DNA from: Deltaproteobacteria bacterium
Lineage (GTDB): Bacteria > Desulfobacterota > Desulfomonilia > UBA1062
DNA length: 64,000 nucleotides
Direction of reading: 5' to 3'
NCBI GenBank assembly: GCA_018436855.1
Contig: JAHDKO010000029.1
Span: 13,157-77,156 of the forward strand
Both the position numbers and the translations under genes were made by a program. Shown here piece by piece: positions 57,505 to 64,000 of the stretch. The notes below the pieces were generated by a model that made no database searches, had not been told where the DNA came from, and saw only the letters and a list, made by a program, of their open reading frames with translations. How positions within the stretch are numbered: the first letter of the stretch is position 1; every line of letters starts with the position of its first letter.

Positions 57505-59271
57505 ATGGCATTGACACCGGACCTCATCAAGAACCTGCCCCGCTCCACCGGCGTATACCTCATGAGAAGCTCGGCCGGAGAGATCCTCTACATCGGCAAG
57601 GCCAAGGACCTCAAGAACAGGGTGCACGCATACCTCGGCCAGGACACCCGCCCGAACGTGCCCTTTATCGCCGAGCAGACCGTCAAGGTCGACTTCATCA
57701 TCACCGGCAACGAGAAAGAGGCCCTGTTCCTGGAAAACCAGCTCATCAAGACCCACAAGCCGCGCTTCAACATCGACCTCAAGGACGGCAAGTCGTACGT
57801 GCGCTTCCGGATCAGCACGCAGGAGCAGTGGCCCCGGATTTCCATCACCCGGAAGGTGGTCAAGGACGGGGCCCGCTATTTCGGCCCTTACTCGTCCGCC
57901 CAGGCCACCAGGCAGACCCTGAGCGCCATCGGCCGGATCTTTCCCTTGCGGAGGTGCAAGGACACCGTGTTCAGAAACCGGATGAGGCCGTGCATGTATT
58001 TCCAGATCGGTCTGTGCACCGGCCCTTGCGCGAACCGGATCTCCAAGGAGATGTACGATCAGCTCGTGGACGATCTCATCGCCTTTCTGGACGGCAGGAA
58101 CATGGTCCTCGAGCAGCGGCTCACCGAGCGCATGCAGAGGGCCGCTGCCCGGCAGAACTATGAAAAGGCGGCAAAGATCCGCGACCAGATTTCCGCCATA
58201 CAAACCACCCTCGTCCCCCAGGTCGTGGTGGGGAACACCCGCACCGACACGGACATCTTCGCAACCTACCGTCACACCGAGCAGGTCCAGATCGCGGTGC
58301 TGCACGTGACCCAGGGGCTCATGACCGACAGCCAGTCGTTCGTGGTGAAGAACACCCAGGAGGACGAGTTCATGAGCAACTGCATCCTCCAGTTCTATCT
58401 CAAGGACAACGAGATCCCCCCGGTCATCTACGCCGACACCATGCCCGAGGACGTGGAAGATCTCCAGCAGATCCTCTCGGACCTGAAAGGGTCGAAGGTT
58501 TCCATCCGGCGGGCCGTGCGGGGCAAGCCCAGGCAGTGGATGAACATGGCCCGGGAGAACGCCCTCTCCCACGGGAAAAAGACAGAGACCTCGGCCCTGG
58601 ACGATATCGCCCGGCATTTTCATCTCCCCGCGATCCCCTACCGGATGGAGTGCTTCGACATCTCCTCTTTCCAGGGGAGCCACCCCGTGGCATCACGGGC
58701 CGTATTCACGGGCGGGGAGCAAGACAAGCCGCTCTACCGGCATTACCGCATCCGGGATATCGAGGGGCAGGACGATTTCGCCATGATGGAGCAGGTCCTG
58801 ACCCGAAGGCTCACCGGCGACGAGTCGCGGCCCGATCTCCTGGTGATCGACGGAGGCAAGGGCCAGCTCAGTGCCTGCTGCAAGGTGCTCGACAGGCTGG
58901 GCATGACCCACATCCCGGTGGTGGCCATGGCAAAGCCCAGGGGATCGAAGCAGGACCGCTTCTTCCTTCCCGGCAGAAAGGACGCCGTCATGCTGCCGCC
59001 CCGGAGCCAGGCCCTGAAGATGATGCAGCGGATCAGGGACGAGGCCCACCGCTTTGCAGTGACCTACCACAAGCACCTCCGCTCGAAGTCGGCCACCACC
59101 TTCCTTCAGGGCATACCCGGGATCGGCCCGAAAAAGGCCCGCTCGATCCTCATGCACACCGCACGTCTTCCCGAGCCCTCGTCATGGAAGCCCGAGGACC
59201 TCGCAGGGTGTCCTTCCCTGACCCGGGAAGACATCGACCGGGTGCTCGCCTTTTTCCACGAGACGAGCTGA
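57505..59271 (+). CDS. uvrC: excinuclease ABC subunit C
   Basis: N-terminal GIY-YIG domain (GVYLMRSSAGEILYIGKAKDLKNRV), UvrBC-interaction and RNaseH-like domains, and a C-terminal HhH. Confidence 0.9.
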   Translation: MALTPDLIKNLPRSTGVYLMRSSAGEILYIGKAKDLKNRVHAYLGQDTRPNVPFIAEQTVKVDFIITGNEKEALFLENQLIKTHKPRFNIDLKDGKSYVRFRISTQEQWPRISITRKVVKDGARYFGPYSSAQATRQTLSAIGRIFPLRRCKDTVFRNRMRPCMYFQIGLCTGPCANRISKEMYDQLVDDLIAFLDGRNMVLEQRLTERMQRAAARQNYEKAAKIRDQISAIQTTLVPQVVVGNTRTDTDIFATYRHTEQVQIAVLHVTQGLMTDSQSFVVKNTQEDEFMSNCILQFYLKDNEIPPVIYADTMPEDVEDLQQILSDLKGSKVSIRRAVRGKPRQWMNMARENALSHGKKTETSALDDIARHFHLPAIPYRMECFDISSFQGSHPVASRAVFTGGEQDKPLYRHYRIRDIEGQDDFAMMEQVLTRRLTGDESRPDLLVIDGGKGQLSACCKVLDRLGMTHIPVVAMAKPRGSKQDRFFLPGRKDAVMLPPRSQALKMMQRIRDEAHRFAVTYHKHLRSKSATTFLQGIPGIGPKKARSILMHTARLPEPSSWKPEDLAGCPSLTREDIDRVLAFFHETS

Positions 59272-59534
59272 GCCTTCTTTGCGTCCGATCCGCATGTGAC
59301 CCGTCATTCTTTAAAATGCATGGCCTCCTGCACATTTTCCGCGAGACCTAGATGGGATCATATGATGGGATTGGTATAAATGTTTCCATAGGTCTTGTTT
59401 GGTACGAGACCTGCTTGATTCAAGGGCGTCGCTGTTGGGGCGTTCTAAAGATGGGGGTGGGAACAGGGATCGGGGAGTGTGGGTCCGAAAGAGTTTATAC
59501 CACCGAAGAAGAGTGAGAAAAGAATGGCCTTCCC

Positions 59535-62048
59535 TTGGCTGGGGCCTTGGTCTATAATGCGCGGCTCATGGGCACCAGAAAAAAAGGGTATGGGTTCATC
59601 CTCGAAGGCGACTATGGGTTTCTCCTGGGACCGGTCGTGCGGCGGCTCTTCAGCCAGATCACGATCCCCGACCTGTACAGGAAATCCGTGTCCGGGCTTG
59701 CCGAGAAGGGGCATATCGTCTTTGTGCACAGCATTTCCAGCACCATCGACGGCATGCTCATGAACTACCGGTTCTCCCGGGAAGGGCTTCCCTCGCCCAG
59801 AATCATCTTCGGCAGGAAGTTCATCCTCCTGCAGCCCATGCGCAGGCTCGCTTCGTTCCTCGCCTCGCCCTTCGGATCGCCCTCTTCGCCGTTCGACAAT
59901 GAATTCTACAAGGAATTTCTCCAGGACGAAAGCAATGCCTCCCTGATCTCCCTTGATATGGTGCCGGCAAAGCACGGCACGGACCCCGTCATGGAGCTCC
60001 TGAAAATACAGCGCGACACCGACCGGCCCATCTATCTCCTCCCCCAGCGCATCGTCTACAAGCGGACACCGCTCAAGATAAAGGATGCCACCAAAGAGGA
60101 AAAGGCGTCCATCAAGGGCGGGCGGAAGCTCATGACCCTGATGAGGGCCCAGGAGCACGGCTTTCTGGAGCACGGAGAGCCCATCAATCTCAAGGACGTG
60201 ATCAGAAAGGCCCAGGGAAGCTCGAAATTCTTCGAGGAGGTAGCCACCGAGGTCCGAAACGAGCTCATGCAACAGCTCGCCTCGCTGGGGAGGAACATCT
60301 CCGGGGCTCCTATCCGGGAGCGGGGGTTCCTGATCAGAAAGACCATGAAGGATCCGGTGCTCCAGACCTTCCTGCGGTCGCACTCGGCGGAGACGGGCCA
60401 GAGCATCGAGAAGCTCGAGGGAGCCACGTTCCGGTATCTCGACCAGATCGCGTCCGACTTGAGCCCCTCGGTCATCGGCTTCCTCAACCGGGCTCTGGGC
60501 TGGGTGTTCAACAATATCTACGAAGGCCTCGACGTGGACGAGGCAGGCATCCAGGCGGTCAGGGAGACGGCCAGGAACGGGTCCCTGGTGTATGTCCCCT
60601 GCCACAAGAGCCACATCGACTACCTCATCCTCTCCTACTGCCTGTTCCAGAACTGGATGAGCGTGCCGGTGATCGCTGCCGGGATCAACCTCTCGTTCTT
60701 CCCCATAGGCACGCTCTTGAGGAAGGGCGGGGCCTTTTTCATGAAACGCACGTTCAAGGACAACCCCGTGTACGCCCAGACCTTTGCCGCCTATGTGCGC
60801 ACCATCCTCCAGGAACGGATCCCCATGGAGTTTTTCATCGAAGGCGCCAGGAGCAGATCGGGCAAGCTCATGCTGCCCAAGAAGGGGCTGCTCTCCATGA
60901 TCATCCAGGGATGGGAGTCCGGGGTGAGCAGGGACGTCATTTTCGTGCCGGTCTACGTGGGATACGATATCGTGGTCGAGGAGGGCTCCTATATCCGCGA
61001 GATGAAGGGAGAGACCAAGAAAAAAGAAAGCTTCTGGCAGCTCCTCAAGGCGGGTTCCATCCTGAAGAACCGGTATGGGAAGGTCTATATCCGCTTTGCC
61101 AGGCCCATGTCCTTAAACGAGTTCATGAAGGGCAGGACATCGTATTCCCGGATGGACAGAGGCCAGAAGGACGACCTCTACGACGCGGTGGCGAGCGAGA
61201 TCGTCTCCGCCATCTATCAGGAGACCGTGGCAACGCCGATTTCCATCCTCTCATGCGTGGTCACCAGCAACGTTTCGGCCATCGAAGAGGACGTGCTGCG
61301 CAGAGGGTTTCACACCTTTCTGGATTATCTCTCTCACCTCGGATGCAACCTGTCCGCCACGCTCTCCGACGAGCAGGCGGCCTTTGAAGAGGCCTATGCA
61401 CTCATCAAGGGCAAGAAGCTCGTAAACCTCGACACGCCCGATAATGAAGAAGACCCAACCCTGCTGACGGCGGAGGGAGAGAACCGGATACACCTGGAAT
61501 ACTACAAAAACACCATCCTCAACTTCTTCGTACCCGCCTCGCTGATCAGCAACGTGCTCCTCAAATACACCGGCGGGCTCGACGAAAAGGCCTTCAGAGA
61601 ACAGGTGCAGGGGCTTGCCGAGCTTTTGGAGAACGAGTTCATCCTGGGTGTTGAGAGCCGCGAAAACGCGCTCGCATACATGCTGGAGAGAGGTATTGTC
61701 GTCAAAACCAAGTCCGTGTATGCCATACATCCGGAAAAACGTGACATGGCCCTCATGTTCGACGGCCTGCTGGAGAACTACCTCGAGTCGTACCTGTGCG
61801 CGGCCCGCTACCTCCAGAAGGTGAAAGACCTGGGAAAGAAAGATCCATTGAAGGCGATCAACAAATTCGCCTCGCGCATCTACAAGAAGGGTGAGATCCA
61901 CCGGTACGAGGCCCTGTGCCTGCCCGTGTACAAAGGGGCGCTCGACACCTTCCGGAAGAAGGGGCTCGTCAACGAGAAGAACAGGCTCACCGATGAAAAA
62001 GCGCTTCAGAAGCTCATCGCCGATGTGGAAACCTTCCTGGAGAATTAG
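59535..62048 (+). CDS. plsB: glycerol-3-phosphate acyltransferase, PlsB-like
   Basis: 837 aa with the HX4D motif VPCHKSHIDYLILSY, FFMKRTF and FIEGARSRSGKL blocks. The ORF-track start is a TTG; an in-frame ATG lies at 59568, so the start is uncertain. Confidence 0.8.
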   Translation: MAGALVYNARLMGTRKKGYGFILEGDYGFLLGPVVRRLFSQITIPDLYRKSVSGLAEKGHIVFVHSISSTIDGMLMNYRFSREGLPSPRIIFGRKFILLQPMRRLASFLASPFGSPSSPFDNEFYKEFLQDESNASLISLDMVPAKHGTDPVMELLKIQRDTDRPIYLLPQRIVYKRTPLKIKDATKEEKASIKGGRKLMTLMRAQEHGFLEHGEPINLKDVIRKAQGSSKFFEEVATEVRNELMQQLASLGRNISGAPIRERGFLIRKTMKDPVLQTFLRSHSAETGQSIEKLEGATFRYLDQIASDLSPSVIGFLNRALGWVFNNIYEGLDVDEAGIQAVRETARNGSLVYVPCHKSHIDYLILSYCLFQNWMSVPVIAAGINLSFFPIGTLLRKGGAFFMKRTFKDNPVYAQTFAAYVRTILQERIPMEFFIEGARSRSGKLMLPKKGLLSMIIQGWESGVSRDVIFVPVYVGYDIVVEEGSYIREMKGETKKKESFWQLLKAGSILKNRYGKVYIRFARPMSLNEFMKGRTSYSRMDRGQKDDLYDAVASEIVSAIYQETVATPISILSCVVTSNVSAIEEDVLRRGFHTFLDYLSHLGCNLSATLSDEQAAFEEAYALIKGKKLVNLDTPDNEEDPTLLTAEGENRIHLEYYKNTILNFFVPASLISNVLLKYTGGLDEKAFREQVQGLAELLENEFILGVESRENALAYMLERGIVVKTKSVYAIHPEKRDMALMFDGLLENYLESYLCAARYLQKVKDLGKKDPLKAINKFASRIYKKGEIHRYEALCLPVYKGALDTFRKKGLVNEKNRLTDEKALQKLIADVETFLEN

Positions 62049-62661
62049 CCGCCCCGGTCTTGTCCCCGTACTGCTGTTCATCCTGATGGCCTCGGGGTGC
62101 GCCTCGTTGCAGCCGGGCAGGAACATCTCCCAGGAGACGGGAATGGCGTCCTGGTATGGCAAGGACTTTCACGGCAGGCCCACCGCCTCGGGCGAGATCT
62201 ACGACATGTACGGGTACAGCGCGGCCCACAAGACCATCCCGCTCGGCAGCACGGTGAGGGTTACCCATCTGGGCAACGGCCGCAGCATCGTGGTCCCGAT
62301 CAACGACCGCGGTCCCTTTGTGGGGAAACGCATCATCGACCTGTCATACGGGGCCGCCAGACACCTCGGAATGGTGAAAGAAGGTATTGCAAAGGTGCGG
62401 GTGGAAGTGCTACAGGTTTCACGCACATCCGCAGCCAGATACACCTTGCAGTTCGGTGCGTTTACGGAAAGGCGAAATGCCGTGACAGTGGCACAAAGAC
62501 TCCAGACTCTCGGTTACTCACCCAGCATTGAGGAGGCAACCGCCCAGGGACGACGTTTCTACCGGGTACGGCACGGAGCGTTCGATTCTCTCGATCAGGC
62601 ACGCAAGCTCGCGGATTCGCTGAACGGCCGCGGTGTGGTCTGCGTGGTCATCGGGCTTTAA
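62026..62661 (+). CDS. rlpA: septal ring lytic transglycosylase RlpA, a lipoprotein with DPBB and SPOR domains
   Basis: The start is taken at MWKPSWRISRPGLVPVLLFILMASGC (lipoprotein signal), overlapping the plsB stop. It has a DPBB domain (MASWYGKDFHGRPTASGEIYD) and a C-terminal SPOR domain (YTLQFGAFTERRNAVTVAQRL). Confidence 0.8.
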   Translation, partial: WKPSWRISRPGLVPVLLFILMASGCASLQPGRNISQETGMASWYGKDFHGRPTASGEIYDMYGYSAAHKTIPLGSTVRVTHLGNGRSIVVPINDRGPFVGKRIIDLSYGAARHLGMVKEGIAKVRVEVLQVSRTSAARYTLQFGAFTERRNAVTVAQRLQTLGYSPSIEEATAQGRRFYRVRHGAFDSLDQARKLADSLNGRGVVCVVIGL

Positions 62662-62701
62662 AAAAACTTGCGGGAAATAAAGACGAAGGAGGAATATCCA
62701 T

Positions 62702-63988
62702 ATGAGTGAAATTCTTGATGTCATTGCAAGGGAAATTCTGGATTCACGAGGGAACCCCACGGTGGAAGTGGATGTATACCTCTCCACCGGGGACATGGGA
62801 AGGGCGTCCGTTCCTTCAGGGGCCTCCACCGGTCAGAACGAAGCGATAGAGCTGCGCGACGGCGACGCGAAAAGATACCGGGGCAAGGGCGTTCTCAAGG
62901 CGGTGGAAAACGTGAACGCCACGATCACACCCCAGCTCGTGGGCATGGACGTATTCGACCAGGTGGGGATCGATAACCTGCTGCTCGAGATCGACGGGAC
63001 CGAGATCAAATCCAAGCTCGGGGCCAATGCCACCACGGGCGTGTCGGTGGCCGTTGCCCGCGCGGCATCCGTGTTTCTGGGCATGCCCCTGTACCGCTAT
63101 GTCGGAGGCGCCTTTGCACGGGAGATTCCGGTGCCTCAACTGAACATTATTAATGGAGGCAAGCACGCCGACAACAACGTTGACCTCCAGGAGTTCATGA
63201 TCATGCCCATCGGCGCCCCCAACTTCCGCGAGGCCCTGCGGTACGCCGCCGAGACCTTCCACGCGCTGCGCGACATCCTCATCAAGCACGACTACGCCAC
63301 GGGCGTGGGCGACGAGGGAGGGTTCGCGCCGAACCTGAAATCCAATGCCGAGCCCTTCGAGCTCATCGTGCAGGCCATCGAAAAGGCCGGGTACAAGCCC
63401 GGGGTGGACGTGGGCATCGCGATCGACGCGGCGGCGAGCTCGTTCTTCAAGGACGGCAAGTACATCCTGGCGTCCGAGACCGACCCGGAGCGCACCACCG
63501 AGGAGATGATCGACTTCTATGAAGAGTTGATCAAGAAATACCCCATCGTGTCTATCGAAGACGGGCTCGACGAGAATGACTGGAGCGGATGGAAGCTCAT
63601 GATGCAGCGCCTGGGCTCCAGGATCCAGATCGTGGGCGACGACCTGTTCGTCACCAACTCCAAGTTCCTCAAGCGGGGCATCGAGGAGAAATCAGCCAAC
63701 TCCATCCTCATCAAGGTCAACCAGATCGGGACCCTGACCGAGACCGTCAAGACCATCGAGATGGCCCGGCGCGCCGGATACACCTATGTGTTCTCCCACC
63801 GCTCGGGCGAGACGGAAGACAACTGGCTCGCCGATGTGGCGGTCGGCTGCGGCGCAGGCCAGCTCAAGACCGGCTCCGCCTCCAGGGGCGAGCGCCTGGC
63901 AAAGTACAACCAGCTCATCCGCATCGAGGAAGAGCTCGGGACCGACTCGGTATTCAGAGGCAAGGACGTGCTGTACAGCATCAAGTAG
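62702..63988 (+). CDS. eno: enolase (phosphopyruvate hydratase)
   Basis: [25 protein letters not shown]..., 428 aa. Confidence 0.95.
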   Translation: MSEILDVIAREILDSRGNPTVEVDVYLSTGDMGRASVPSGASTGQNEAIELRDGDAKRYRGKGVLKAVENVNATITPQLVGMDVFDQVGIDNLLLEIDGTEIKSKLGANATTGVSVAVARAASVFLGMPLYRYVGGAFAREIPVPQLNIINGGKHADNNVDLQEFMIMPIGAPNFREALRYAAETFHALRDILIKHDYATGVGDEGGFAPNLKSNAEPFELIVQAIEKAGYKPGVDVGIAIDAAASSFFKDGKYILASETDPERTTEEMIDFYEELIKKYPIVSIEDGLDENDWSGWKLMMQRLGSRIQIVGDDLFVTNSKFLKRGIEEKSANSILIKVNQIGTLTETVKTIEMARRAGYTYVFSHRSGETEDNWLADVAVGCGAGQLKTGSASRGERLAKYNQLIRIEEELGTDSVFRGKDVLYSIK

Positions 63989-64000
63989 CAAGAGATATAA

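Noticed and set aside
1-64000. CRISPR arrays, tRNA or rRNA genes, IS elements, integrases
   Set aside because: There are no regularly spaced direct repeats, no cloverleaf-like conserved tRNA boxes that I could identify by eye, and no transposase or integrase-like ORFs. The only repeats are the intragenic domain duplication and short hairpins.

Overview
This is a high-GC (about 60-65%) bacterial chromosomal segment. The gene content (exosortase-type EPS locus, V/A-type ATPase, membrane pyrophosphatase) loosely suggests an anaerobic delta-proteobacterium or Desulfobacterota-like genome, but this is inference only. Nearly everything from 1 to 57330 is on the minus strand; the strand switches at a divergent pth/uvrC promoter region near 57.4 kb. 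The coding content falls into six blocks.

1. 1..37011: a roughly 37 kb co-directional exopolysaccharide locus of the exosortase/PEP-CTERM type. Two exosortase+EpsI pairs sit at 10.2-11.7 kb and 35.4-36.9 kb and bracket a core block. The core holds a Wzx flippase, a Wzy/O-antigen-ligase-like protein, five glycosyltransferases (GT4 and GT2), the UDP-GlcNAc 2-epimerase WecB, a CE4 polysaccharide deacetylase, two hexapeptide acetyltransferases, an AsnB-like amidotransferase with a degenerate active site, and a fused Gfo/Idh/MocA oxidoreductase-SDR epimerase. It also holds an unusually large complement of amide-bond or acyl-transfer enzymes: four ATP-grasp ligases, a CapA-family protein, a CapK/PaaK-like adenylating enzyme, and three GNAT or FemAB-like acyltransferases. 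Two large secreted proteins complete the block: one with golvesin-like and PKD domains, and one with a LamG-like domain plus Ig-like repeats.
2. 37308..42177: a livKHMGF branched-chain amino-acid ABC transporter operon.
3. 42355..44148: htpX (M48 protease) and tspO.
4. 44336..54056: a V/A-type ATPase operon. Its K proteolipid carries the full Na+-binding residue signature.
5. 54746..56740: a K+-dependent-type membrane pyrophosphatase.
6. 56758..63988: housekeeping genes pth, uvrC, a plsB-like GPAT, rlpA and eno.

No CRISPR arrays, rRNA or tRNA genes, or mobile elements were recognised.

The most interesting candidate for an undescribed system is the amino-acid-ligase-rich sub-circuitry embedded in the double-exosortase EPS locus. 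Its clearest piece is the ATP-grasp-GNAT-GNAT-ATP-grasp-ATP-grasp cassette at 1..5142.
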